Shown here piece after piece: positions 50,501 through 64,000 of a DNA stretch of 64,000 nucleotides. Each line of letters opens with the position of its first letter. The stretch's first letter is position 1. The stretch lies in NCBI GenBank assembly GCA_051294905.1, contig CM119372.1:5458001-5522000 (forward strand). Direction: 5' to 3'. The notes beneath the pieces were generated by a model. That model did not search any database, was not told the origin of the DNA, and saw nothing but the letters and a program-made list of their open reading frames with translations. The position numbers and the translations under genes are program-made. This DNA is from Botryllus schlosseri (taxonomy: Eukaryota).

Positions 50501-52581
50501 TTTTAAAAAAAGTGCCGTTTTAAAAAAAAACATATCTCTTTCAAAAGTTGTATAATTATGCCATAATCGTGTAAATACTTTCGTAAAAACACGTAGTATG
50601 AGCCTATACGGACGATTTGCACCAGATGTAGTCTACGTATACGATGTGGAATGGTTGGAATCCACGAAATCGTCGTCGGTTCAAGAGTTATAGCACGGAG
50701 ATATAGATCAATGGTACGGAATGGATGTTTTGATGATGATGACCTCCAACCGTAAAAATGTTACATATCGATGCAGTCGTAGTTAATGATATTTTTGGTC
50801 CGTTTAGGACAGAACCCGGAAGCCTTTTTCGTCAAAGGATCCATATCTAACACATATTTTCAATTGTTAATGTCAATTCGGTATGACGTCACAATTAAGA
50901 TTCGTGACGTAATGGTTTAACAAATTAGACAACAATAAAACATGTTTTAAATAAGAGCCATTTTTTAAACATGTTTGTTTTCAATTGATTTTTGTTTAAA
51001 ATACAACCCTAATGTCTGATAGAGGTAGGGTTGCATTCAAAACAGAGTTGTAGATTAAAAAATTTCCACACTTTCTTACCTGCTGCAGCGAGGTACCCGG
51101 CGACGATTGTGAGTATCAGAACAACCATGAATGTACGGGGTATAAAGCAACTGAGGATACGGAGACATATAATGATAATCCAACAATCACATCAGCTGAC
51201 GTTCGCGAATACGAGTAAGTTTGATTCAGTTATTCATTCAGACTCATTTATGCAATGCGTTTCTCCTGTACATCCCAATCTGCATGTCCATTCTGGTATT
51301 CAGTTAAGAGTGAAGAAACTACTTATCTAATTACTGGCCAGCCCGTGGCTCGCGAGTTGCATGCTTCACATCGCCTGGTCATCATGTTTTAAATAAGAGC
51401 CATGTTTTAAGCATGTTTCCTTTACATTGATTTTTGTTTTAAATGTAACCCTAGTGTCTGGTATAGGCAATGGAACCATGTTTGTATTTGGACAGAAACA
51501 AAGATTTCATACCAAGGGATTCGAATTAATTCCTGTTATTCCAACCTATAATGACAATAGGGCAGTGGTCCTTAAGCAGTGTTCCATAGAACACTAGGGT
51601 TTTTTTGAGGCAGCATCATGGGCTCATGAGGTCAGAATATACACTCTAACTCATACATGTGATCTGTGATGATATGTCCGTCTTGGCCCTCAATGGTTGC
51701 AGGAAATTACACCTGCAATCAGTATTAGGATTGTCACCGTTATGGTGGTACATCGTTAGTAGCCTATCTATAGCGGCGTACGCAGGAGAGGATGGGGATT
51801 GAAATCGCAAGCCATCTTTCTGAACAGGCTATTGCATACCTTCAATATTTGCAAGCTCATTTCTAAATATACAATTCGTATCATGCTGTCGCGTTTCGAC
51901 CGATCAATACGATGACACTTTTCACGGTGAAACCATGCATCTCCAAACTGCTATCTATGGAAGGTAGAAGCAGAATTCACAACGATTTGCTATAAATATT
52001 CATTATAATGTTTTCGTTTTGTATGAAAATTTTATATTTGAATGGATTTGTTCTTTTAACGCTCTGCTAATGCACACTTCATTTTGTGCACCAGTCATAG
52101 TAATGTATTGGATGTGTATGGTAGAATATTGTGTTTGTTACATTTCGGAAATATGGGGTTTCCCGAAGGTTTGCAGGTTATCGCACGGGCTAATCGGGTT
52201 ATTAAAGGCCAAGAACTACTGTACTAATAATTATGACTGAGCCATAAATACCCAAAAAGATGGGTACTCTATTGGGGATATGTCTATCGTCCTTTACGGT
52301 GCGAGTTTAACAAATCCTAAACAGGAATTGTTTCCAGAAATATAGCAGTTCCCGGAGAAGGGTCTTCGGTAGGAAACGAACAAGGGAACGGTGGCGGGAG
52401 AAACACGGAGATCGGGTATCCATATCAGTCGGCCTTTCTCATTTGCCGAAATGACCATGCCGTGCTGATCAGTTTGTATTCTAGAAATCAAGATCCAACA
52501 TCCACCTATGAAGAATACGAAAGTCCAGAACATGCGGTATATATGGGCATGGATAACTCTGTCTACACCAATTGTCACTGA
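47554..52581 (+). CDS. Gene B, 3' part: TM plus tyrosine-motif cytoplasmic tail of a single-pass receptor
   Basis: Exons 47554-47626 (AVIVVPVIFMILVLGLLVACWYHR), 47690-47731 (RKTHKRPTDRSSS), 52338-52415 (NIAVPGEG...NTEI) and 52485-52581 (NQDPTSTYEEYESPEHAVYMGMDNSVYTNCH*). All AG/GT with phase-2 junctions. Extra exons between 47731 and 52338 are possible, and the ectodomain is unresolved. Confidence 0.72.
48096..50177. mobile_element. Non-autonomous hAT element in a gene B intron
   Basis: TIR CAGTG(G/A)TTCCCAA, perfect TSD GTCAAGAG. The interior ~48305-49465 resembles ~41520-42350. Confidence 0.9.
50462..51453. mobile_element. hAT-like element with a duplicated right end
   Basis: Left end TAGGGTGGCATTTAAA. 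Right ends at 51011 (flank ATGTCTGA) and 51453 (flank GTGTCTGG, identical to the left flank). Confidence 0.7.
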
Positions 52582-54669
52582 CTGCAGTTGTGGACATGAT
52601 TCAATTACTTTTATACATTTGTTCCTGACATTACATGTATTTTGAACAGGGTAAATTATGTAGCCTACGCATGGAGGATGTGATATTCTAGCAATCGGGC
52701 AGTGATCGGAACAGCACTTTTATGAATGATATAACGAGTTCTACTTTCCACGGATGCAACCCCAATATAGGTTGTGGGCTCGAGTCCGCGTGGGGTCGAC
52801 TCCGGAAATACCAGTGGTCTATTTATAAGGTCCTCGTCGCTGATCCGCGTTTGGGGTGTCTTACGCAAAGACTAAAACGAAGGTGAATTGTGTTAAGTCG
52901 GCAATTAACTGGGTCAGAAATAGTAATAAAAGCTTATCGGCCTTGTCCGAAAGGAGCAATATGTGGTCGAAACACCACGAATACCAAATCAGCAGCAACA
53001 TACAGCACATGCATAAACAATATTACTTGTGAAAAAGTATAGTATTCACTATCCGCTTCGGACTCTCAGGTTACAAATAATATTCATCCCTGATGAATTT
53101 ATTATCATATGGGATGTATATAATACACGGCCGGCTGACCGCATATCGCATCTACGACTGCAGTATATTCAATGCTAGGAAAATATATTTGGTTTACTAC
53201 TTTTTTCAGCGTATTGTGATGTTCGTCTAGTTAACCCAAATTATTTGCAGACCTGCGACAACGCCCGAGTTGAGGGAACCCACGAGACAATAATTAAAAT
53301 AGAGCGAATAAATAAATTTAATAATTAGTATAGTTACGAGGAAGAGGAAGGAAGTCGATAATTCAATAGAAGAAATATTGAAATGAATTGATAAAACAAT
53401 ATAAACAACAAACTTCAATATTTTGAATCGATATCAAAATCAGAATGGGTTGGGACATAAGTGGCCAGCACGCCGATCGCTTCAATTGCTCGTCTGGTTT
53501 CCAAATGAATTTTCTGCAATATTTGTATCAACTAAAAGAATTGGTCAATTAAGTTGCAAACTAGTCGGCTAAATAATAAGTTTTATTATAATGCAGCAGC
53601 ATATAACATCATGGGTACACTATGTAGAAATACTGTTCAATCCATAGTAGAAATTGCTGCAATGGCTCTTTGTGAGGTCCAAGTTAGCCACAAAAACATT
53701 ATTAATTGAATGAAATTGTGAACGGGTCAGCCAAATACATAATAACAGTTCTATAGTGCATTTCCAAGTAAGATTGCTGCTCCTTATGTATTTGTTGCTA
53801 TGGGAAAATGCTAGAACAGTCATAGGTTGATAACATGCAGGGTCCGCCCCTTCTAGTGCCTTAAAAGTGCACTGCAACGTAATCTCAGATTTACACTCAC
53901 GAAATCATCGCATTCACAAATGTAGGCTACTTACAGATAGAATTATTGCCATACATTTTAAAAGGAATCATAAACTATAACTTGCTATGCAAGTGTAACA
54001 AGACGGTGCATCGCAACTTGTCCTCGTGTAAGTAACGTATCGATCGTGAGTCATTCAAGAAAAATCAATAGTTCATCAAGGGTGGCCAGCCCGTGGCCCA
54101 CGAGATAATTTCCGAAATTTGCTATAATATAAATTAATAAATTATCCATGTCCTTTATTGTGAATTTGCAAGGCCAACCAAAAAATTTGATTAGCTTGAC
54201 CGTGAAATATGGGTTGTTGATGACTTAAATATCAGTTCCAACGCACTGGCGTAGCCAGGGGCCAGCCACATCTTTCGTAGATCTTCGTATATGACCAGAC
54301 CATAAAGTAGATCATTTCGTGGTAGATTTAATTGACTTGGTATTTTTCTTCCACTTCGCGCGATTTATTGCCACTCAATTTCTTGCTTTTTTGAGTCTGA
54401 CTATACTCGCAATTAGGAGGGAATGTGTCGTCCTACATCCGACTTCCTTTCTGCACTTGCAGAAATATGGTCGGCGATGAAACCTTTGCACAAAGTGATA
54501 CGCCGAAATCTTCGATATTTATATGTCTAAGCGCCCAATAATCCTGTCCTTGCTAAATGAGCCCAGCGGCATACAGAGGCGGCCCGAAAAATATGCAAGA
54601 GAAATTAGTGTCGACCGAACTCATTCATTAACTTTGAAAAATTTTCACGTTTCGCGCGGTTAGGTCATG

Positions 54670-55560
54670 CTGTGTGCACTATGTACACTGACTTTCGATG
54701 ACATAATTGTTATCGATTTTGATGCCTAATAGTGATATAAGTCGTTTTTCACCGCTACGTAATCCGGTTTGCTCCCATCGAACGACTAAAGAATACTTAT
54801 CAACATTCAACATTCAAGTGGCCCGCGCAATGATACGCTAATCTCATGTGGTCCTTTGGGCGATGAGGTTGGCCGCCGCTGGATCAGAATCAAGCAGGAG
54901 TTGCCTACCCATGGCATACAGTCTAACAACTAAATTTTCATTTTTCCTGATATTGACATATTTGACGGCTACATCCGCTCGTCGCTCGGATTTTACAAAC
55001 GATCCATTAGATATCGAAAGAGGGATATACCAAGTCGATACCATTTGTATATCTGGTCATTATCGAATTTTCGGGAATGAAAAGGCAGATTAATAGGCAA
55101 GACAAAAACCGAGCCAACCACATGTGCCAACGAATACATTCAAACTTTCCGCAAGTGACACCGCTGCTTCGTTTCGGAAGACTGCGTTGAACTTTGGAAA
55201 ACTCGCTATTCACAATCGGACAAGTCGCTGCAATATTGGGGATATTTTCGAACCGTTCACCACGGAGCAGACTTCGATGGACTGTCGAAAAGTATCGATC
55301 GAGCTTACCTATTCAAATGTTGAATAACAGATTCAGCAAATTGATTAACGCGCCTGCAAGAAGTGAGTGCCAGACATTATCAATAATTGACCTGTCACAA
55401 ATACAGACTCTGGAGAAGAGTCCTCGTGAATAGCCTACGTGTTGAAGGAAGAAGAGAATATCGCTCCCACCATGATGAACTTGCTGATTGATGCGCTGAT
55501 GTTTTCACGCGTTGTGGAATTTGTTCTCGATATGCAATCAAACGTTTGAGTTCAAATTTT
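54670..55560 (+). pseudogene. Highly decayed non-LTR retrotransposon 3' region (RNase H remnant)
   Basis: CISGHYRIFGNEKAD resembles the RNase H WxPGHxGIxGNExAD motif. An upstream YTD and a downstream eroded C/QTLE segment are in the expected order. Boundaries approximate. Confidence 0.55.
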
Positions 55561-58500
55561 GGCATGTAATGCCTGCCCAGTGCCCACCCCCTAGCTGGAT
55601 ATTACAAATATTACTTTAATATGGCGGACAGAACCACGTGGGTTGTAATCGCGAAACAAACATAATTAACAACATCAACAATGTGTTTGACAGTATACGT
55701 TGCGGGAACACTTAGTTGGAGATCTGACATTGAGAACCGACTGGACGAGAGATAACGCCAATTCTCACATTTATGGAGTCAGTATAACCCCCTGCCGCCT
55801 TCCTGTTAGTTTGCACAATAAATCGTTCTGCGCACTGTTTCATTCGCGTTTCATTCGAATATGCAAACAATGTCGTGCGAGAAAGTGTAAGCAAACCAAT
55901 ACATGTACTTAGATGAAGACTTGGATGCGCAATGCGCATGCACATTGTACATTGTGCAATCATGTACCCGACCGAAACGTAATGGTACAGTGACTAAGGG
56001 ATTTTGATGAAGCTAGAATTTTGCAGCATATATGAGATAACAAAGTTAACTAAGTATGCTTCAGAACCGACTATAGATTAGATACCGCTCTGGACAGCAG
56101 ATAGATATAAAAAGGCGCTGGTTTGACCGGCATTACGTATATAATGATTATATTCACTTGACAATTGGTCAGTCAGATGTACCGACATCGATGTTGAGAA
56201 TTCGATTAGCGGGACAGCCAATATCTCACAATATCGGACGATATTTTAAAACGACGGTAGCCTATAGTTTGGGGCTAACATTGTTTGTTCACGATGGTAA
56301 CAATAATAAACCAATCGACGGAACAGTATTTTTCATCGCTGTTGGCATTGACTAGATATGTGAGAAACTTGATTTGTTTTTTTGCGTTACCTATTTTTGT
56401 CATTTACATTCGACATGCCCGCATTCGAATTTACAGCAAAGCTACGATGTAAATGCGATTCTCACAATGTTTTGATGGTATATAATAAACAAGTTTATAC
56501 GATGGAATCGACATCTCGACCATCGTAAAAGAATCGTGGCAGCTAAGTTTTTGATAGGTTATTGAAGAGAAACGTGTCGTTATATTCTATGTGCCTTACG
56601 TCAGCAAAACGTTTTAGCATTCCTTGCATAACAATGACCAATCTTACGAAATATAATAGTTATTCGACAAATTGATACTCAACATTTCCATTTCGTTTCA
56701 TGCAATGCTGACAGTTAATTTTCTTCATCCGTAAATCTATATGATATTAATATAATGCACTATGTCACAGAAATTATGAATTGGAAATTGCAGCCAACGC
56801 TGTGGAATTATTAAAATTTACTTTAGATTATCTACACCATGAAGCCTATCGCTAGCCACACCGTCTTCGCTATCACAACGATACTATCACGTCACGTCCT
56901 TGGTCAAGGTTAGTAAATATATATATATAACACTGGTCTACACGATTTTTGCTCCTTTGAGTCATTTTTACCTATATAATTTGGGGGCGCTGAATCCGAA
57001 CATGGTGATATTTGTGTTCTATCACGTTACGTTTTGGAGAGACTATATAGGTCGATTTTTAATACTTTTTCGGGATGCTCAAGTACATTAAACATACTTG
57101 CAGTACTTACTGAAGTTGATATGTTTTCAGACTACTTCCACTCGTACCTGAACAGTATTTTGGATAAACTATTTACTTTTGCAACCTGTAATTGAAAAGT
57201 AAAAAGTAGTCTAGGGAAAAGATTGCACCACTCTTATGATTTTCATTATCATTCAAGCTGCGTGACATGGCCCCTGAAGCATGGTAACTGAATATATTCA
57301 CGAATATTCTACCAATGTGTAGTGTCATTATCGACAATTTGCGTTAGCCGAGAAGACACATCTTGCGAATTCGTATGTAGTCACCTCCGACTAACTGCTA
57401 AAAGTATGCGACCACCCTTCCCCGACCAAATATATTTAGACATACTGAGTTTTAGTACTTCGGAGACCTTTCGTTTCGTCTTCCACTTGAAGTACTTTTT
57501 ACTAGTCTTAGAAATTATTACTTCTAGTGGTAATCGAGTAGAAATGTAATGTGTTACTTGTTCTACTTGGGTAGCAACGCCGATCAATTTCTCTGGTTCA
57601 TAGAAAAATATTACGGCAAATCAGAAACCGCCAAAAATGTATAAGCTTTTTCATATTTAGAACTGGCGTTTATTCATGCTAAACAGAAACACAAAGCCCC
57701 GGAACCTTTCATAAACATCCCTAGAAATTAACCAATGCTCATATCTGACTCTGTTCCATCATATGAAACATCTTATTTGGTGCAGGCCACAATGTCCTAT
57801 GTCGAGACGGATCTACTGACCTAGAACCAATGTATATTTATTTGAATTGTGAAGTACCACGCACACGGAGTTCAGGTTTCGTGTTGAGCTGATAGTAACC
57901 TGTCTCCATTGATCTGGTTATCTATAATGGACAATGCAAAAGTAGCCGTTTTTACCATGGCAATAAACCAAAAGAAAACAGTTCAGAAACAGCTTTCCTC
58001 GATTTCGGTAAAATGTCACAGTATATGGAAATTGGAGAACAGCTAGCATGATAAGTACAGGCGGAGATTAATGATGATAAATTCTTTAAAGTTATCATGA
58101 TAAGCACTTCTTTCTTTAGATAAGCATACATCCTGTGTCTTATTATATCAAAACAAGCTTGAAGGGTCACATGTTTGAGTCATATGCGTCTGAGTGAAGA
58201 ATTCTCTTCTACATAATAATATACTAACAGTATAATGTCTATTGTTCGCAAACTTTTTCCTTCTACTGTCACAAATGCATCGATCGATTAAGTCAGCAGG
58301 ACAGATGTATAAAGGTAACGTGGGGAATAAGTCAATTATGGAGCTACTAGTCACAGACTTTACGATGAATGGTATATAATGGTGATAACAGCTACAGACT
58401 AAAAATGGTTGCGACCACATAAAATTTGATGGGTCAAAAAGAGGTCCTGATTGAAAGAAGATGAAAACCTCTGGATTCAAGTTCACCGAAAACTAACTTA

Positions 58501-58786
58501 TTCAGATCTATAATAACCTAGGTTTCGTCATTATAGATGATTTCAATAACAATATTTGATCTATTGCTGCTGTACGCTCACCGTAATGTCACTAACGAAA
58601 GCCGAAATTTCATTCATTCATGAAAATGAGAAAACTACATACCGAGAACACTTGACGTGATAGAGAAATACTGAGCACATAATTACATTCAGCTACCTGC
58701 AATTAACCTTGATTAGTGATTAAAATTTGTTGCGCAAAAGTTTTACGAAATTTGTAGACCGGTGTAATTTTATGGGTCGAAACAGC

Positions 58787-60906
58787 TAGGGATGGTGTGA
58801 ACCTTTAAAAGGTTCAGGTTCGTTTGAACGCTAACCTTTCTGAAAGATTCTGTGTTCAACGTGAACCTCATGACGTCACGTGACGTCATATTGCTTTTTC
58901 CAGCTCTACATTTCAGTTTGAAGTAATAGCATTTATTAATGTACACGATATCTAGCGACGACTCGGGCCACATAATCCCACAATGCTGAAGTACATATTG
59001 ACGTTTTAAACGTCGCCAAATGTATCAACTGGGACAATCAAATGATATGTTAATCCTATAAAATGAATATCTTCCGTCGCTTCGTCAACAATTTCGATGA
59101 GGACTTACAAGAAAATATAAGCTTACGCCTTAAAGGTCTATGCCAGTGGTCGGGAACCTATAGCTCGCGAGCCATATATGGCTCTTTGACAAATTTTTAA
59201 TTTTGGACTTAATGTATCAATATTGCTGCAACTTGTTCATAAATTTCATGACGACCCGAATAATTATTCTCCTGGCAGCTTAAACAATAAACATGTCTTT
59301 GAGAGGTTAAGTAAGTGGGGTAACCAGGAACAGGGGTTCTAACCCCATTTTCAAAATCCCCAAATTCAAGTTGCTGTCGCGCCGGCGACCAACACCACTC
59401 GCGAATACGATCTACCCGCCATTGCGCGCCTCGAAATCATGGATTGCACGATACCTTGTTTGATCAAGGAGAATAGCAGACATAGCAACGCCTCTAGGAC
59501 AGTGGATTTTCCAAATACGCATTGTATTCCTGATCTACGCCGGGAAATAGACTGACTTGGAAGTGACATTCACAATTACAAATTCAAATTAAAAACAAGC
59601 TTTCCAGCACCGCCGTAAAAATGTAGGTGTATAGCGCAGCGTTGTGTTACGCCGAATACTTTGGAAGTCGATCAATATTTAGGTTTTCGGAATCAGCGCA
59701 ACAATTCATTTGATTAATTTCAGTGCTTATAACTTCTAAGCTATTTACGATCAGTTGCGCTATCACAGGGGAGGCTTGGCCCGTCTGTGACTCATCTGTG
59801 CCTTTGCCTCTACTTTCGCGCTTTATTTTCGAGCAATAAATATGAAAATCCCGTGATTTTGGGGATAAAAATGTTTAAAATCTAGTCATTCATAGACATC
59901 GATAGAAAATACCAATCATCGTTGAAATTTCACAATTTTCCCTCACTCATCCCCGACGACATGTGAGGCATTACCTCACTCGCTTCCCCTAACCCCACAT
60001 CACTGATGTAATATACCCTGCTGGAGTGGGAATGTGCTACTGTAGTGATCATGTTTGGCTCCACCTACGCATGCAGGCTGAAAAATATGGGGCACACTAT
60101 GAATCCCATATATTAGTGCTACCAATACGGCCATAAACCAAACTTTACGCTGATTGGCCGAGAGACGAATTTCGAATTGTGACGTCATATTTGATTGACA
60201 TGTATGGCTCTTTGCGAGTTACAATTGAAAATATTGGGTCAATATGGCTCTTCGGTCGAAAAAGGTTCCAGACCCCTGGTCTATGCCATACCGGACAATG
60301 TATTCGGCATCCGAGTATTGCTACATTGATATTGAGCAGAGTGTAAAGCAGGTTTCTATACTTGTAACCGATATTACCCTTTTAACAAGTTATGCAGCAG
60401 TAGCCAACACCTCAGTCGCGCGGATTTGGTTTTTATGATACAAAATGAACATAAGAAGTCAAGATTGACCTCGAACGCCTGCCAGATTTTTTTTATATCG
60501 GACCACGATATCAATTTCATTGATTGGTTGAGTGAGCATCATTCGCTGACTACATGTAGTGTATTTCGCTCTTAATGTTGTGTGATTGCGGGTCAAGTTC
60601 ACTGCAGCGAGCCACTAAATATTCACATACGGAAAGCTGGATATATCGTGCAAACTTTTGTAACAAAGCAAGTAAAATTTTTGAGATTGTCAAGGTGCAT
60701 GCTCCTTTTGTGTTGATTTTTTTTGTTCTGCCCGCGCCATGCATAGAGTGGCCCGCAGTTCAAATGCAATAAATTTCATCATAAGATGTTATATTGAAGT
60801 GAAAATTGTAATATTTGTAAAAGGTTCACAATGCAGCACCTAACTCCGAATTTCTGAGGTTCACACACAGAACGCGAACGTGAACCTCACGTTCACACCA
60901 TCCCTA
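58787..60906. mobile_element. Non-autonomous hAT-like element (its right end recurs at ~95-417)
   Basis: TIR TAGGGATGGTGTGAAC, gtgaac repeats, TSD GAAACAGC/AAAACAGC. Confidence 0.85.
59144..60278 (-). mobile_element. Nested hAT element, relative of 33902-36358
   Basis: TIRs CAGTGGTCGGGAACCT and CAGGGGTCTGGAACCT (rc), perfect TSD GTCTATGC. Confidence 0.9.
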
Positions 60907-61443
60907 AAAACAGCTCCTGATTGAAAAAAGATTTAAAAAAACAATTGGATCCGAGTTCACCGAAAACTCTTTCATACTGTACTACCACCACCCAGGTTTC
61001 ATGATAGATAATTTCGATGACAGTATTTTATCTGTTGCTGCTGTACTTAACCGCAATGTCACTAACGAAAGCCAAAATTCCACTAGCGATATGTTGCTTT
61101 GTAAACGTAGTGATCGTATTTTAGTATTGCATCTTATAGCTGCTAATGAGGTCTGCCCGAGACTGGAAATACAGAGCATCGATATCATAAATCAATCTCC
61201 GATAACATTCCATGCTCGGAGTAAAGTGCAAAGGCCATATTTGTTGCATAGGGCGCGGCCGGATATATTCCATTCCTATTGCTACTCTCATCTTCGCAGA
61301 GCCGCAGATGAGATGTTGTTCATCTAATCGTATATGATATAATTGTTATTGTCGAGTTAGGACACTATCTGCCGTTCAATGTTGTTGCATACTTGTTCAA
61401 TGGTGAACTATGCTATTTCACTCTTCGTTTTTCCACCGAGTAG

Positions 61444-62770
61444 CAGTGTTGGGATCAAGTCACTACCTTCGAGTCACGAGTCATCTCGAGTCATTGCACA
61501 TTTTGACTCGAGTCAAGTCAAGTCAATCGATTTTCAAAGGTGACTCGAGTCAAGTCAAGTCACTCGTTTTTTGGAGGTGACTCAAGTCAAGTCAAGTCAA
61601 GTCAAGTCACGAGTCAAGTCACAATTCAAGTCAAATTGAATTTTCGAAGTATGAGTGATCATTCAAATTCATTATATTTTACTAGCTGTGTTAAAGAGAT
61701 CAATTGGTCATTTCTCTTGAATCAAATAACGAATATAAAGTTAAATATACATGCAAAAATGCGTTGTATCGCTCACGCACACGTAGAACTGCTAATAAAA
61801 TATTTCAGTAACTGTATAGCTACATCAGGGGTGTCAAACATACGACCCGCCAAATGATTTCATTTGGCCAGCGAAGAAATTCTGAGTATGTTGAAAATTG
61901 CGTAATTTTATCCAACACATTTCGCGAATTTGTAGTAAGAAATACTACTAATAAATATTCCTTAGCAAATTTCGAGTATGTTCATAGGTCACATTATAAC
62001 CACCCGACAGCGGAGTTGTGATTGTAGTATTCGTCAGGAGAAAATCGCTGACATTGATACCCAATTCCGAGAATGCGAAAAAGTGCATATATTGAGTTGA
62101 GAGTTAGAAATATTTTGGAATTATTTGACTGGTGCGGCCCGCGAGTGGTCTGAATATTTGAATTCGACCCACAACGTCAGTTGAGTTTGACAACTCTGAG
62201 CTACATGCTACATTCTCTTATTATCAGCCAAAATAGAGGATCAAATACGAAGCCTCGAGAAGATGAAAGAAATTGATATCGTAAAATACACTAGCCATCT
62301 ATACACATCCGTGAGGATAGAATATATTTGTTCGATTTAAATCACCGTGTAATGTAAGGACAGAGCCGTCCAATAAACATCGATACGTTGCTATTAAATT
62401 AATCTGCTACTACGACAACGCAAAGTGTGATCATTTCGTTTGCGGTCAGTGTATTTGTCATGTAACAATGTAGGATCAGTGAAACGTACAACCAGGGAAT
62501 GGCTGGTTGCTCTCACAAGTTACAACGGCGTATCATGAATAATCCGAACAAGCACAAAATACATTGATTTAGTCGACACCGTTCACTTGATGACTTGAAA
62601 TTGACTCGTAAATTTTGGTCCGAGTCACGAGTCAATCCACATTTTTGAAGTGCCGAGTCAAGTCAAGTCAAGTCATTTTTGCAAAGTGACTCGAGTCAAG
62701 TCAAGTCATTCGAAAAAGTTGACTCGAGTCTGACTCGAGTCAAGTCATGACTCGAGTCATCCCAACACTG
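61444..62770 (+). mobile_element. Same MITE family, copy 3, with a nested insertion
   Basis: TIR CAGTGTTGGGAT, TSD CCGAGTAG/CCGAGTAA. Confidence 0.92.
61826..62198. mobile_element. Nested hAT MITE
   Basis: TIRs CAGGGGTGTCAAAC and CAGAGTTGTCAAAC (rc), perfect TSD AGCTACAT. Confidence 0.88.
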
Positions 62771-62981
62771 CCGAGTAATGTGTCATATATCAACGTTATA
62801 TCATGTGTATGGACTCGGCGTTGTTGGTATTGTAATAGCATATCAATAGTGCCCTATGAAGTAATGGTCACATTAATGCATCTGCTCTTAGTTGGAGTGA
62901 CATCTTGAATGCCATTGGATTTGGTTGACATCATCGTTAAATTGGAACTGCACCTAACTAACGACAATGTGAATCCAGCAG

Positions 62982-63752
62982 ATGATCTTTCATTTACCGG
63001 GGATAATGAGACTGGATGTAAAATTATTCCGCTTGGCTCTGCCGGAAGTGTGTTGTGTCGGTCAGCATCAAACCAAGATGTAACATGGTGGCATGACGGA
63101 ACGCGGGTGTCTGAGTATGCTCCAGGGAAGCCTGTTCAACAATTGGATGGTGGATTATACTTTTACAACTTCGCGACTAAGGAAGATTCTGGCGATTACT
63201 ACTGCAAGTCACAAAATGATGAGAAATTACTGAAAGTCTATATTGTGGGTAAGTGATCAGATGTGGGCTTTGGGGTTGCGGAGGACTCGTAATATGCAAG
63301 TTGAAATGGAAATGCATATTACAGTTGTAAAATATATTTCCCGAACTTCACCATTTCCAAGTAAGTTGTCGGCGACGAGCCGAAATTACAAGTTCCATGT
63401 GCAAAAGCGAACCCAATCACTTTCGAAGTGCATATTATAAAATTGTATCTTTCAAAAAGGGATAGCAAAGTTTCTTATGGCCAAATAGAGTTGATAGTTG
63501 ATAGAGTTGTCATGAAAATTTGATCGGTATTTAAAGTTCTAGAGTTCTAGATATCCGTGCCAGACAATGAGCAATATAATCAATTAAACATGTCTGCGAT
63601 GAATTCGAACGGGTCATATTATGGGGTATAGGCCTTCAAATATAATAAGAACATTTCAATTTCGCTCACAGAGAATACGACAGTTGATTTCTGTGCTGCT
63701 AATTCATTGGAAACGGTTACTCATCCTACTACCGCTATTTCGACAGCAGCAG
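62982..63752 (+). CDS. Gene C fragment: canonical Ig domain exon (62982-63248) and Thr-rich stalk exon (63672-63752)
   Basis: VLCRS...VTWWHDG...DSGDYYC gives the Ig Cys-Trp-Cys triad, with donor G|gtaagt. The next 81-nt phase1-phase1 exon reads ENTTVDFCAANSLETVTHPTTAISTAA. Alternative acceptor at 62979. Confidence 0.75.
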
Positions 63753-64000
63753 GTAGTATTGCGCGGATTCATTAAATTGGCCACGGTTAAAATATTAGGC
63801 CTGTATATTTGTGTGGTGCCATGCATCAATAGTATGAACGTCACTTGCGTGTGTGTGGGTTGGTGCTGTGGCGATTAACTATCGTTAACAATTTGTTTCA
63901 CAACGGGCCATGTTGAAGTCAAAAATACCCTTTTTGATCGCCATTGCTGCTTGGTTTATCACCCTATGGGTGGCAGAAGACTAACGTTTTTTTTTCTGGC

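Noticed and set aside
55694..58320. Candidate upstream exons of gene C (~55694-55804, ~56077-56257, ~57785-57875)
   Set aside because: Splice signals are plausible, but there is no homology evidence I can recognise.
63890..63984. Hydrophobic C-terminal segment IPFLIAIAAWFITLWVAED* as a TM/GPI anchor of gene C
   Set aside because: No phase-1 acceptor found in frame, and the window ends.

Overview
Eukaryotic (animal-type) genomic DNA, not prokaryotic. It has GT-AG introns, many only 55-70 bp, and dense DNA-transposon content. A marine invertebrate such as a tunicate is a guess, not established. (1) A 22-exon minus-strand gene (27374->2333; 5' end/signal peptide not found) splices by hand into one frame-consistent ORF of ~1340 aa. 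It encodes a type I membrane protein: Ig-Ig-X-Ig-Ig-Ig-X-Ig-Ig-Ig-TM-tail. The Ig-like domains lack the canonical disulfide, and X is an unrecognised ~230-aa six-exon module present twice. (2) The TM and tyrosine-motif cytoplasmic exons of a second, plus-strand receptor (47554-52581) are missed by the ORF track. (3) A canonical Cys-containing Ig exon of a probable third gene lies at ~63 kb. (4) An intact Buster/SPIN-type hAT transposase sits in an intron of gene 1. A decayed hAT transposase of a different lineage lies inside a four-level nest at 37-42.5 kb. There are many non-autonomous hAT elements with 8-bp TSDs, plus foldbacks, a tRNA-derived SINE, a LINE RNase H remnant and local duplications. 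All exon and TSD coordinates were read by eye, and no database search was possible.
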